DNA of 64,000 bases from an uncultured Candidatus Peribacteria bacterium. Lineage in GTDB: Bacteria; Patescibacteriota; Gracilibacteria; BD1-5; UBA6164. The notes below the pieces were generated by a model. It worked only from the letters and a program-made list of their open reading frames with translations. It was not told the DNA's origin and made no database searches. Both the position numbers and the translations under genes were made by a program. The stretch covers positions 291 to 64,290 of the forward strand of contig CAYQAV010000131.1 in the NCBI GenBank assembly GCA_964415565.1. Reading direction: 5' to 3'. This document shows, one piece after another, positions 41,717-54,412 of the stretch (position 1 is the first letter of the stretch; every line of letters begins with the position of its first letter).

Positions 41717-43711
41717 ATGGAATTAAAAACAAAGATTATAAACGAGTTAAAAAATAAAAATTTTCCAGACTTAAAATTTCTTATGAGTGTTGAAGTTTTA
41801 GAATTGGCAACTGAGATATTAAATGAAGAATTAGAAAATGAAAAAACAAAATTTGAAGATATTTTAAAAAAAGAAAATTCATCCCTAACTTTTGATAGTT
41901 TTGAAGATGATTCTATTCTTGATTATTTTTGGAGTTTATTAAATCATTTTGAAAATGTAGAATCAAGTGAAAAACTTAGAAATATAATAGAAGATTTTAG
42001 ACCAAAATTACAAGATTTTTGAAATGAAGTTGCTTATAATAAGCCTTATTTTGAAAAAGTTAAATATGTAAATGAAAATTTAAAACTTGATACAGAGCAA
42101 AAGAGAATAATGGATTTGAGAATAAAATCATATATAGATAGATGAATTGATTTAGCAGTTGAACAACAAGAAGAAATCAAAAAAATAAACAAAAAACTAG
42201 GAGAATTAAGTGATAAATTCACAAATAATATAGTAGATGACCAAAAAACTTTTGAGTATTTAATTATTGATTTTGAGCTTATAAAAGATTTGCCAAATGA
42301 AGTTTTGGAAATTGCAAAAGAAGCTTGAAGTGAAAAGTGATGATATCTTTTTGATAGTGATCCAACAAGTTATTCTGCTATTATGAAATATTGTTCTAGT
42401 CAGGAAATAAGACAAGATTTTGAAAAAGCTTCTTATACAACTGCATCAAATTGAAAATTTGATAATAGAAAAATAGTTTTAGAATTATTAAAACTAAAAG
42501 ATACAAAATCAAAATTGCTTTGATATAAAAATTATGCAGAACTTAGTTTAAATGATAAGATGGCAGATTCTCCAGAACAAGTTTTTGAATTATTAAATTC
42601 TATAAGTGAAAAAGCTATAAAAAAAGCAGATTTAGATATACAAGAATTGAAAGATTATTTTTCACTAGATAATATAGAAACTTATGATTTAGGTTATTAC
42701 ACAAGGATATTAAAAGAAAAAAAATATGATTTAGACGAAAAAGAGATAAAAAAATATTTTGAATTTGAAGATGTTTTAAATTATCTACATAGATTTGTAG
42801 AAAATTTTTACTCTATAGAAATAAAAGAAACAAAGATTGAATCATACAATAGTGAAGTAAGAGTTTACGAAATATATAAAGATAATAAATTAATTTCTTA
42901 TTATTTTTTAGATGCATTTTATAGAAAAGGGAAAAGACCAGGTGCTTGGGCTGATAACTTGAGAGAAAAAATGTATTTTCCAGAATCAAGTGTTCCAGTT
43001 ATCTTAAATGTTTGTAATTTTCAAAAGGCAAATAATTGAAAAACAACTCTTTATTTAAGAGATGTTGAAACAATCTTTCATGAATTTGGACATGCACTTC
43101 ACGAAATGCTTTCTGAAAGTAAATATAGTGAATTATCAGGTTTTTGAGTTGAGTGGGATTTTGTAGAACTTCCAAGTCAATTGCTTGAAAATTGGGTAAG
43201 TGATAAAGATAGTTTAAAAAAATTATCAAAACATATTGAAACTTGAGAAAATTTTAGTGAAGAAATTATGTCAAAATTGGAAAAATTGAAGACTTTTATG
43301 ACTTGAGTTTTTGTTGCTAGACAAAATGAATTTGCACTTTTAGATATGAATTTATACAGTTCTGAAATTCCTGACAATATAGAACAACTAGATAAAAAAA
43401 TACTTGAAATAGTAAACAAATATAGCATCTTTAAAAGATTAGATGATTACAAGATGTATTGTTCTTTTAATCATATATTTGGTTGATGATATGCAGCAGG
43501 TTATTATTCATACACTTGGGCAGAAATAATTGAAGCAGATATTTTTTCAAGAATCAAAGAAATGTGAATGTTTGAAAAATCAACATGAGAAAAATTTCTA
43601 AAAACTATTTTATGACAATGAACTAGAAAAAAAGCGACAGAGTTATTTTTTGATTTTATGTGAAGAGAAGTTGAAAATGAAGCATATATGAAAAGATATT
43701 GATTAATATAA
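41717..43711 (+). CDS. M3-family zinc metallopeptidase (oligopeptidase A / dipeptidyl carboxypeptidase type, 664 aa)
   Basis: [11 protein letters not shown] zinc motif, [32 protein letters not shown]. Track ORFs 41717..42022 and 42560..43039 are in the same frame. Confidence 0.85.
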
Positions 43712-43713
43712 TC

Positions 43714-43748
43714 AAAAACCCCACGCATGCGTGGGGTTTTTCTTTTTT
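43714..43748. terminator. GC-rich bidirectional terminator
   Basis: aaaaaCCCCACGCatGCGTGGGGttttt. This is the only G+C-rich terminator stem I saw in the window. Confidence 0.75.
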
Positions 43749-44504
43749 TCAAAATCTGAGATGCAATCTATCTTTTAATTTCAGATAGAATGACGCAAAT
43801 GTGAAGATAGCACTAATCACAAGTAATATTCCACCAATATAGTCAAGATATAAATCAAACCTGTTAAGGCTGACTACATATATGGTAATTACTTTAAATA
43901 CTGTTTTTGTTTTTCCGACCCAATTTGCTGCAGGGTTGCTAGTTTTTGATCTCATGAATTGACCAGCGATGTCTACCATTGAGATAAATATCGCAGTAAA
44001 TACAAAAAAGTTATTATTAGCAAACAAGCAAACTATTGCAAGGATTATTAAGTCCAAGAATTTGTCTGCAAATGGGTCTAATACTTTTCCCAAGTTTGTT
44101 ACATTATTCAAGCTCCTTGCAACTGCACCATCAAGTGCATCGGTTACGAATAAAAACACATAGAATTGCAATAAAATTGAGCTAATTACAGTTTCTTTGT
44201 AAAAGATTACTGTAATTATTGCCAATGGTATAGAGAGATAAACTCTCCACATGCAAATTCCATTTCCGGATAGGAGAGGTGCATCAATATAAAGTTTAAA
44301 CCTTTCAATTGTATTTACAGGTTCTATTTCATACTTATGAATAGCAAAACACTCTCTTATTTTTCTATATCGAAGTCCTCTGTAAACAATCCAAAGAATA
44401 ACGATAACAACTATCAAACTACTCAAAAATTCCATTTGTAAAATTTGATTTTCAGCAAAAGAATTTTTTAGCAGTAGAAACTCTAATGCATAATTATCAA
44501 ACAT
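43749..44504 (-). CDS. CDP-alcohol phosphatidyltransferase family membrane protein (251 aa as a standard-code ORF)
   Basis: DALDGAVARSLNNVTNLGKVLDPFADKFLD = D-G-x2-A-R-x8-G-x3-D-x3-D signature. SD GGAGG 7 nt before the ATG. No internal TGA. The apparent stop is TGA (43749-43751). Under code 25 it would extend 31 codons to TAA at 43656-43658. Confidence 0.85.
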   Translation of the reverse strand: MFDNYALEFLLLKNSFAENQILQMEFLSSLIVVIVILWIVYRGLRYRKIRECFAIHKYEIEPVNTIERFKLYIDAPLLSGNGICMWRVYLSIPLAIITVIFYKETVISSILLQFYVFLFVTDALDGAVARSLNNVTNLGKVLDPFADKFLDLIILAIVCLFANNNFFVFTAIFISMVDIAGQFMRSKTSNPAANWVGKTKTVFKVITIYVVSLNRFDLYLDYIGGILLVISAIFTFASFYLKLKDRLHLRF

Positions 44505-44638
44505 GACACTTCCTCCAAAAGCAAAAATTTGATGTTATTTATTTTAGATTAATATTATAAATAGTCAAGAATAAAATTTGTTTTGATTTAATATTTATTT
44601 TAAATATTATAAAACTAATTAATTAATAAAAAAAATAG

Positions 44639-45655
44639 ATGAAGATTTTGGCTTTTGAAACAAGTTGTGATGATACAAGTATAGCACTTTTTGAAGATAA
44701 TAATCTTATTTTTATGGATACTGCAAGTCAGATTAAGATTCATCTTGAAACTGGTTGAGTTGTTCCTGAAGTTGCAGCAAGAGAACATGCAAATGTAATA
44801 TTTGAAGTTTTAGATAATGTATTAAAAACTACTAACACTAAACTTGAAGAAGTGGATTATATATGAATTACTACAAGTCCTTGATTATTACCATCTCTTT
44901 TAACAGGAACTACTGTAGCGAGCACTATTTCTATGGTTTTAAATATTCCTATTATTCCTATAAATCATATTCAAGCTCATATATTTTCAAATTTTTTAGA
45001 AAGAAAAGAAGAAGAAATAAAATTTTCACTTGCTTGTTTAACAGTTTCATGAGGACATAACGATATTTATCTTATGAAAAATATGTGGGATTTCACAAAG
45101 ATTTGAAGTTCAAGTGACGATGCAGGTTGAGAAGCTTTTGATAAAGTGGCAAAAATGATGTGATTATGATATCCAGGATGACCAGTTATCTCTAAATTGG
45201 CATCAGAGTATGAAAATGAAAATTGAACCTCTACAAATCTATTTCCTAGGGTTTGGCTTGTAAAAAAAGAATCAAATTTTAGTTTTTCAGGATTAAAAAG
45301 TAGTGTAAAAAGGGAAGTAGATAAAAGAATTTCTCTTAAATGAGAGTTAAGTATAGAAGATAAAAAACAAATAAGTTTTGAATTTGAAAATGCTATAACA
45401 GAAGTTTTGGCTTGGAAGCTTATTTATGCAGCAAAAGAAAATAATTTAAAAACTGTTATGCTTTCATGATGAGTTAGTGCAAATAATAAATTAAAAGATG
45501 AAATACAAAAATTGGCAATAAAAGAAAAAATTGAATTTATCTATCCAAAAAAATTGGTTTATTGTATGGATAATGCTGCAATGGTTTGAATTATAACTTA
45601 TTATAAGATAAAATATAATCAATTTGAGCCTACAATTTGAGTTGTAAAAATATAA
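44639..45655 (+). CDS. tsaD: tRNA N6-adenosine threonylcarbamoyltransferase TsaD (338 aa)
   Basis: [74 protein letters not shown]. Confidence 0.9.
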
Positions 45656-45682
45656 AAGAGATAAACAATTTTGTTTATCTCT

Positions 45683-46297
45683 TTATTCTTTTCATTCTAA
45701 TTTTTCTTTTATTTTTAAATTATCTTTTAAATATATATTTCCATTTTCAGTTAATATATTTTTTATAAGTTTATCTCAAAATTCAAGTCTGTTATAGAAA
45801 TCTTCTGTTGTAATTATTGCATATTTTATCTTTCTACCATAAAATATTTCTGAAAGAAAAGTTCATAATTCTTCTTTATCTATCTCTCAAATAAGAAATA
45901 TATCAAGTATAGATTTTCAAGGATTTAATAGTTTAGTTTTTACGGATTCATTTACTATAATTAATTCTAAATCATTTTTATTTTTGAAAAATTCTTTGAT
46001 TTTTTCCATTGGATTGTATGATTTCACAAATATATTTACAAAGTCATTAATTAAATAAAATTTATTATTTACAAAAAATATCTTCTTTTTTAATTCTGTT
46101 TTGTTTTTTAATATTCATAATTCACTTAGACTATCTAGTTCTCTTTTTATTGAATTTATTTGTTCATTTAAGTCACGAGATAATAATCTCATGTGAAATC
46201 CTTCATTGTTTCCAGATTCGTATTCTAGAAAAAATTTCTCAAGTAGTTTGGTTCTACATTTTGATCAGAATATTTTAGATATATCTATTTCTCTCAT
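45683..46297 (-). CDS. hypothetical winged-helix protein (204 aa)
   Basis: N-terminus KCRTKLLEKFFLEYESGNNEGFHMRLLSRDLNEQINSIKRELDSLSELGIL. Its start overlaps the stop of the HIT gene. Confidence 0.5.
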
Positions 46298-46707
46298 TTT
46301 GAAATATTTTTTACTTTAAATAATGTATTATCTTCTTTATCATGAATAAAAATTCATTCAAGATAGTGATAGTGTAAATGTTCAGCACTTCTTCAACTAG
46401 TTGTTTGTCTTATAAATGAAAAATAATTATTTTCTCAAAAATAATTTTTCATATATATTTCTATATTTTTATAATCAATTAATTCTTCATCACTTAATTC
46501 AATTGTATGTATTCTATGTTCTATGGGAAAAACTAGTAGATTTTGCTTATGTCAATAATAAGGATATTTGTTATATCTTATTTCCCAATATTTAGTTTTA
46601 TGAACTAAAAGTTGCTTTTCATCTTCTTCAATTTTGCAAAAAGGACATATATCTTTTGTAAGATAAATGTTTTTTTCAGTGTATTTTTTTCTATCCAAAA
46701 ATATCAT
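46285..46707 (-). CDS. HIT (histidine triad) family protein (140 aa)
   Basis: CPFCKIEE ... AEHLHYHYL (HxHxHxx triad). Confidence 0.8.
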
Positions 46708-46831
46708 ATTTTTATAAGTATTTTTTAATCTAACTAAATTTAACTAAAAGTGTATAAAAATCAAATTTTTATTGATTTATAGCACTTTTTAAATATATTA
46801 TTTTAGATATTTATTTATAAAATATATTTGT

Positions 46832-48127
46832 ATGAAGAATAAAATGAAGAGTTTAAAACAAGAACTTACAGATAGAGGATTATTATACCAATTTTCAAGT
46901 GATGAATTATTTAAAAAATTTGATGAATGAAAAGGTAGTTTTTATTGTGGATTTGATCCAACTGCTGATTCTTTGCATCTATGAAATTTTATTGGTTTTA
47001 TGGTTTGAGTTCATCTTATGAGAAGATGAAATAAATACTTTGCATTAACTGGTTGAGCAACTGGTATGATTTGAGATCCAGGATGAAAAGATAGTGAAAG
47101 AAGTTTTCTTTCACCAGAAATTTTGGACAATAATCAAAAGAAAATATCATCTCAAATTACATGAATCTTAGAAAATTTGAAAAATTTTACTTGAAATGAA
47201 TTTAAGTATGATTTTGTAAATAATAAATATTTTTATGATTGAATGTGATACTTAGATTTTCTTAGAGAAGTATGAAAATACATAACTATAAATGTTATGA
47301 TGAGTAAGGATACAGTTAAAAAAAGAATTGAAGATCCAGATAAATCTATAAGTTATACAGAGTTTTCATATATGCTTTTACAAGGTTATGATTATTGTAG
47401 ATTATTTAAAGATGACTGAGTTACTCTGCAAATTTGAGGTCAAGATCAATGGTGAAATCTAGTAACTTGAACTGAACTTATTAGAAAAAAATATGAAAGT
47501 GAAGCTTATGCTTTAACTTGGCCATTGATTACTGATTCAACTTGAAAAAAATTTGGTAAAAGTGAATGAAATGCTATGTTTTTAGACAAATCTAAAACAA
47601 GTCCATATTTCATATATCAATATTTTATGAATACTGCTGATGATGATTTAGCTAAATATATGAAGATGTTGACTTTAATCGAAACTGAAGAAGTAGATGA
47701 AATAGTTGCTAATCATATGGAACATCCAGAAAATAGGGAAGGACAAAAAATGCTTGCTTACAAGATAGTTGAAATAATTCATGGAACTGAGGAAGCTAAT
47801 CTAGCTTTGAAAATTTCAGATTTTATGTTTTGAGATAATGATAAATTAGGGATATTAAAATCACTTAATTCAGAAGAAATTGATACTTTTAAATTAGCTA
47901 TGTGAGGTTTTAAATATAATTGAGAAAACTTATTTGAAACAATAGTTACTTCTGGACTTGAATCTTCAAATTCAAATGCTAGAAATGCAGTAAAATCAGG
48001 CTCAATTTATATAAATGAAGAAAAAGTAATTGATTTTAACTTAGAATTAAAAGATAGATTTATAAATGATAAAGTATTACTTTTAAGAAAAGGGAAGAAG
48101 AATTTTAGGATAATTGTTAAGTATTAA
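46832..48127 (+). CDS. tyrS: tyrosine--tRNA ligase (431 aa)
   Basis: [16 protein letters not shown] (HIGH), GGATGMIGDPGG, GGQDQWGN, KFGKSEGN (KMSKS), C-terminal S4-like domain. Confidence 0.95.
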
Positions 48128-48202
48128 TTGATATTTATATATTAATAATATAATAAAATTGTATTATGTAATATTATTTTTAATTTTTAATTTATATTAT
48201 TT

Positions 48203-50563
48203 ATGAAGAAAATACTTTCATTTATTATAACTGTTTTTATATTGTCTATATCTTTTTGAGCTATTGTTAACTCAAATGTTTCATACAATATTTTACCAAC
48301 TACAATCACAAATGTAGCAAACAAATCAAAATTAGATTTGTTTTTAAATAAAGTTTTTGATGCAAGATTTACTTTTAATAATGATCTAAATTATTTACTT
48401 TTTCTAAATAATTTAAATTCAAGACTTACTTCTTTGGGAAATAAATATTCATCAAATTCTGATATACAAGATATGATAAAATATCTAAATCTATGAATTA
48501 ATAATATTATTACTATAACAAAACAAAATTCTGATGTAGATAGTTTTTTATGTGAAATACTTTGAGATTGTTGAGGTGATACTACATGAAGTACTGGAAC
48601 TAATACTAATCAAACTATTTCTAATAATGATTTGGTTTGTAAAAATATATGAACTAGAAGTGAATGATGGTATAACTCTGATTGAAAATTAATTAAATAT
48701 GATACTTGTTCTTCTAATACTAATACAAATACAACATTGGATCAAGTAACTCCGCCAGATCTTTGTGAATGTACCTTTACAATGGATTCATATGGATGAG
48801 GTGGAACATGTCAAGGAGCTATTACTAGTAGCGTACCTAATTACACTGTCAAAAATTCTACTGTTTGCAAAATTTATAAAAAAGATTACACAGATGCAAG
48901 TTGTAATAAGATGGTTATGAATTGAAAAACATCTTCATATACCGATAATAATAAATGTGATATTACAGCTATTAGTAACACTAATACTAACACTAACACT
49001 AATACTAATACAAACACAAACACTAATACAAACACAAACACTAATACTAATACTAATACAAATCAAACTACTACTGTCTATGTATCAAGATTTTCAAGAG
49101 TAGTTGAATATTATATGTGCTGAAATAAAGAGAAAGATGCTAATTGAGATATTAAATGACTAAGAATGACTGCTATTTATGGTAAAGATACATGGACAGC
49201 AGATGCAAAACCTATTTGATTTCCTGTGAATTCTTCAAATATAAAAGATATAAATGGAAGTTCTCCATCTTATACAGACTGTAATGTGAGATGTCCTTAT
49301 CCTTCAGCACAATATAATGAACTATGTTGAGCTACTAAAATTATAGAATCTACTGAAGATGTGACAAAAGAAGTCTCTGCTGATGAAATAAATAAAGAAA
49401 AATCTGATCCTATATTAACAGCTAATGTAACAAAACAACAAGTAAAAGCTTGATGAGAATCTATTACATTTTCATGAAATTTCCCTTTAGTAAATGAATG
49501 TAGATTAGATTATAGTTCAGTTTGATGAGGTGGTTCTAGTTCTATTACTTATAAAGTTTCATATCCATTATTTGTTAAAAATGGTAGTTTTATAAAAATT
49601 ACTTGTAAAGGACAATTATTCAAAGAATTTAAATTTACTGAAGAATCATCTGAAGTAGGAACAACAACTAATTCAAAACCAACTTTATCAGTAGATAAAA
49701 CTAGTACAAATATATGATGATTTGTTATTTTTTCTTGGAATTCAAATTGATGAACTAATTGTTATACAGTTGTAAATTGAAATAAATCTTGAGATTTAAG
49801 TTGAATATCATGAACTATTCCTATTAATAATCTTCAAACTGCAACTACTTATAATAATTATGTTAAATGTAAGTTTAACTGAATTGATAAATCATCTGAT
49901 TTAGTAACAGTAACAGTATTACCAGCTCCAGCTCCTATTCCAACTGTAATGTGAAAATCATCATGATCTCAAGATTTTATTGATCTTTTAGCTACAAATA
50001 ATGATGGAACAAGAGTAAATAACTTAAGAACAAGAGCTTGAGAAAATGCAACGATGAAATTTTGAAATATTGGGTGAACTGCTACTTGTACTCTTAATTG
50101 AGATAATGTTCCTAATTATATCACTACTTCAGGTACATATACTTATTCTTGTAAAAATACTACATCTACTAAAACAGTTACTTTTTCTATTACTGTTTTA
50201 CCTACTGCAACTCTTTCTCCAACATGTAACACACCAGAAGATTATTATCATAATTTACGGCCAGATGTACCAGTAAATCAATGATTTATTCATTGGAATA
50301 AATTTTGATATAAAGAACAAAGACAATCTTGTTGGCCTAAACCAGATTATGCTTGAGAAGTAAGACCATATGTACAAGGTATAATAGCTCAATATTGACA
50401 AACAGATCAAGCTTATCAATTAATTACTACTGCAGCAAAAAAATTAGAAGCATCATGATATGATATGGAACAAATTATTCCAGAAGTAGCTTATGGTATA
50501 ATAGGAAAATCTCCTACAACATCAGAAATAAATACAATAAGAACTTATTTTAGTACCCATTAA
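48203..50563 (+). CDS. large secreted Cys-rich repeat protein, hypothetical (786 aa)
   Basis: Signal-like MKKILSFIITVFILSISFGA. Many Cys, an (NT)14 tract, and several about 90-aa Ig-like-looking segments. The frame was checked at the start, at the repeat and at the end. Confidence 0.55.
48977..49063 (+). repeat. hexanucleotide tandem repeat (AAY ACN)14 + AAT
   Basis: aacactaatactaacactaacact...aatacaaat, in frame, encoding (Asn-Thr)14-Asn. Confidence 0.9.
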
Positions 50564-50762
50564 TAATTTTTATATTCCATATTATTAAAATATATATATA
50601 TTATTTAATAATTCAGTTTAGTTATATTAATTTTAAATTGATAATTGAAATTAAATATTGTTTCTTGCCAAAATAAACAATATTATTTATAAAATAAAAA
50701 GGAAAAATGGATTTTTACTCCAATTTTTCCTTTTTATTAATTTAATCTATTTTAATTATATT

Positions 50763-51155
50763 TTATAATTTTAAATTTTCTTCAATTCTTTCAATAATTA
50801 TTTTATTTATATTGTTTGCATCATTATTAATTATATTTATTAAATCACCTAGATTTAAAACAATAACTTCTAAATCAGTTATTGCACTTACTGTTGCAGT
50901 TCTTTCTTCTTCATTTAATAAAGCAATTTCTCAGAAAATATCTCAAGGATTTAACTCTGCAATTCTTTTTCATCAGATTGATATTGCGACTTTTCATCTT
51001 TTTAAGATATATCATTCTCAATTTGAATTTTCTCATTCAATAATTATTAATTCTCAATTTGAATATTTTCTTTGTTCACAATTGTTTATTATTGAATCTA
51101 CTATTTCTCTATTAAATCAATGAAATATTTTTAATGAATATATATTTTCAGGCAT
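50763..51155 (-). CDS. cyclic-nucleotide-binding domain protein (130 aa)
   Basis: GELIIIEGENSNGEGYILKRGKVAI..LNPGDIFGEIALLNEEERTATVSA. Confidence 0.75.
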
Positions 51156-51217
51156 AAAAAAATGTTAATATTTAAATTATAATTAAATATTAACATAGAT
51201 TTTTTTATTTTGCAAAA

Positions 51218-51970
51218 TTACATACTATAACCATCTTTTTCGTATTTTTCTCTAAAATCTTTTATTAAAGCCCAAAACATATTTTCAGTATATTTAGGAA
51301 AATTTTTTTCATTTTCCCATATTATATTGTATTTTATCTTGTTTCTCATTGTATTTTCTCAAACGGGACAATTACATGAAGAATATGGAATTTCTTTTTG
51401 TTTTACAAAATTAACTAAGTCTTTTTCTCTTATATATGCCATTGGTCTAATAAATGTTATATCTCATTTGCTCATTTTATTTACTGGAGGCATAATTTTT
51501 AGTTTTCTTCATTCTATCATATTCATCATAGTTGTAACAACTATATCATCCATATGATGTCAAAAAGCAATCTTAGTTGCATTGTATTTTTTACATAATT
51601 TAAACATTGCAATTCTTCTAGCATATGCACACCATTGGCAACTTTGTCATACTCAATCGTTTAATTTTGATTCTTCTGGTAAATTTATATTCACTTTCTC
51701 TAATGGAATATTTAATACTTCTTCAAAATATTTTCTTTTTTCTTCAAAATTTATATCACAATCAATTAAAAATTCTTTAAAAATATAAATTCATCTTATT
51801 TCAAATTTATCTTTTGCTTGTTTTCTATATTCATTTAGTAAATATCATAAAACCATTGAGTCTTTTCATCCTGAGACTCAAAGAAGTACAGTTTCTCCTG
51901 ATTTTATCATCTCAAAATCTAGTAATGCACCTCTTAAATTTTTTAGTAATTTTTTTTCTAGAGCAGTCAT
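51218..51970 (-). CDS. ttcA: tRNA 2-thiocytidine biosynthesis protein TtcA-like PP-loop ATPase (250 aa)
   Basis: VLLGVSGGKDSMVL (PP-loop), CQWCAYARR, AFGHHMDD, CNCP. Confidence 0.8.
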
Positions 51971-52081
51971 ATCTTATATTATTTTTTAAATTTTCTTGAT
52001 TTTATTTATTTTTATTTTTTAAACAAATAAAAAACTAAATTTTTATAAATTTAGTTTTTTATATTTTAAATGAACAAATAA

Positions 52082-52339
52082 TTATTTAATCATTTCAACT
52101 TCTACACCAGAAGCAGTAACTTCAACACTAGTTGTATCTTCCATAGTAGTACCAGTAGTAGTTTCTTCAGTAGGAACTACATCTTCAGTATTAATTTCTA
52201 ATGGTTCTTCTATATTTATTTCAACATTAGTTGGATTAACTATATCATCAACAGGAGTTTCAACTTCATTTTCACCACAAGATGCAAGTAAAGTTAAAGC
52301 TAATACACTTAATAGTGCAATTAATTTTTTCATAAGCAT
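52082..52339 (-). CDS. lipoprotein, hypothetical (85 aa)
   Basis: MLMKKLIALLSVLALTLLASC lipobox. Acidic Thr/Glu/Val-rich mature part. TAA stop. Confidence 0.6.
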   Translation of the reverse strand: MLMKKLIALLSVLALTLLASCGENEVETPVDDIVNPTNVEINIEEPLEINTEDVVPTEETTTGTTMEDTTSVEVTASGVEVEMIK

Positions 52340-52547
52340 TTTATTATATATATATAAAAAGTGAGCTAATTATAAATAAATTTATAATAAAGCAATATAT
52401 AATTATTAAAATAACTATTTTTAAATTTACAAGTAAATTTTTAGTTGTATAATATATAAATTATATTTTTTTATCAATAATTTTTGTAATTTTTAATATT
52501 TTACTTATAGTATACAAATAATATTATATTTATAACATCATTTAATA

Positions 52548-53978
52548 ATGATAAGAAGAAGATGAAGTAATTCTGTATTACAAAAAAATATAAAAGATTA
52601 TATAGTTCCAATTATATGATGAATATTAGTTTTATTTTTAATATTTTCTTTATTTTCATGAGATTCGTGAAATGAAACTAAAACTAATATTGAAAATCAA
52701 TCTTGAATTTCAGTAAAATTGGATTCTGATTTATCAAGTGCTACATTAATCTATCCTTGAGATTATAAAAAAGAATTAGAGTGAGATCAAACTTTATACA
52801 AATGAGAAAAAGTTTTAGTAAAACAAGGAACGGTTAGTTTAAGTCTTGATAATTTAGTTAATTTTAAGGTTAATAGACTTTGAGAATTAACTTATCTTGA
52901 AAACTGAGATTTTTTAGTTACATCATGAGAAATATGGCTTGATACTTCAAAATCTATTAATTTGAATATGAATTTTGCAAGTCTAAAAATAGATGAAAAT
53001 TCACATTTATCTTTTTCTCAAAATGAAGTTGAATCAACAATTTATTTAATATCTTGATTTGTAGAAGTTACTAATTTGGTATGAAAAAATACAGTTTTAG
53101 CACCAGGTGAAAAAATAACAATTTCAAGGGCTGATGCTTCAAAAAAAGATTTAGATTTAACAATTATTAAAGAAAATATAGATCAATTTTTCTTAAAATC
53201 TGATTGGTTTATATTAAATAAATGAGCAATATATGTTTCTTTAAATTCTAAAGAAAATACTGATAATATTGGCTCTTGAACAACATTTACTTGATCTACT
53301 ATAGTTTGAAGTAACGGTGATTTATTAACTTTTAATAATTTAGTTGATGAATCAAATGTTTCTTCTTCTTTGATTAAAATTTCTTGATCATATGTCAATT
53401 CAGATATTTCAAGTATTACTGTAAATTGAAAAAGTGCAGTATTGGATAAAACTACAAATACTTTTAAATTTGAAAATATTGATGTATCAAATAAAGAAAA
53501 TGATTTAGTTTTCAAAATTTACGATGACTCAAATGATATAATTTCTAGATTTGTTTATACAGTTTATTATAGTTTAGGTTCATCAGGTAATATTACTTCT
53601 ACAAGTTGAAGTACAACTAATTGATTTAAGGTTCAAACTTTTTCAGCAGATTGATCAGATTTTACATTTACAGCACCAACTACAACTAATACTTATACTT
53701 CAAATGAAAACTTTATAACAATAAAATGAAAAGTTAATGCTGAATGAATTGATAAGGTTACAGTTAACGATTTTGAGTTATGATCATTTAATGGTTCTAC
53801 TTGGAGATATCATGCTGATGTTGAATATAATAATTTAGCAGATTGAACAAATGTATATGAAGTAAAATATTTTTCAGATTGAAAATTAGTGTTTACTAAT
53901 TATTATACTATAATTAGAAAATGAAATAAAACTAATGATGAACCATTAATTGAAATTTCTACTGAAAATACACAATAA
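52548..53978 (+). CDS. membrane-anchored hypothetical protein (476 aa)
   Basis: N-terminal helix IVPIIGGILVLFLIFSLF, then a Ser/Thr/Asn-rich, beta-rich extracellular-looking region. Open with TGA=Gly from ATG 52548 to TAA 53976. Confidence 0.5.
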
Positions 53979-54007
53979 AAAAATCCTTAAAGGATTTTTT
54001 TATTGTG
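53971..54007. terminator. 18-bp-arm palindrome, bidirectional terminator
   Basis: cacaataaaaaaatcctt-a-aaggatttttttattgtg between convergent genes. Confidence 0.7.
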
Positions 54008-54014
54008 TATTTTT

Positions 54015-54335
54015 TTAACAAGAACATCAACTTCCACACCCACCAGGAGCACAACTAGAACCAGTTTCTCATCCACCAATTATACTTATGAACATAGCTT
54101 TAATTTCTTCATCACTTGGAATTATTCATTCAAAGATTGTATCCTTAAAATCAATAGATTCTTCTTCAACAATTAACGCAGGTTCACTTTTTATATTTAA
54201 TTCAGTTTTTAGTGTTTCATCATTTGTAAGTTCAATACTTATAAAATCTGATAATCCAAGTTCTTCTAATGCATTAATTACTTTTGTATTTAGTTCATTA
54301 GTATTCTCTACACTTCAATATATTTTTACTTTCAT
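54015..54335 (-). CDS. thioredoxin-fold (Thioredoxin_3-like) protein with Cys-rich C-terminal tail (106 aa)
   Basis: MKVKIYGSVENTNELNTKVINALEELGL..EPALIVEEESIDF..IPSDEEIKAMF then GGGETGSSCAPGGCGSGCSC. No N-terminal CxxC. Confidence 0.5.
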
Positions 54336-54412
54336 TTTTTTGTATGTTATCATATAAATAAAAATAGTATTTGAATTATACTTCAAATACTATTTTTTAA
54401 AAATTATTTTTA

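Noticed and set aside
52082-52339. The TGA-free lipoprotein ORF as a third standard-code-style gene.
   Set aside because: It has only three Gly codons, no Shine-Dalgarno sequence, a TAA stop and native-like AT richness. Absence of TGA is unremarkable at this length.
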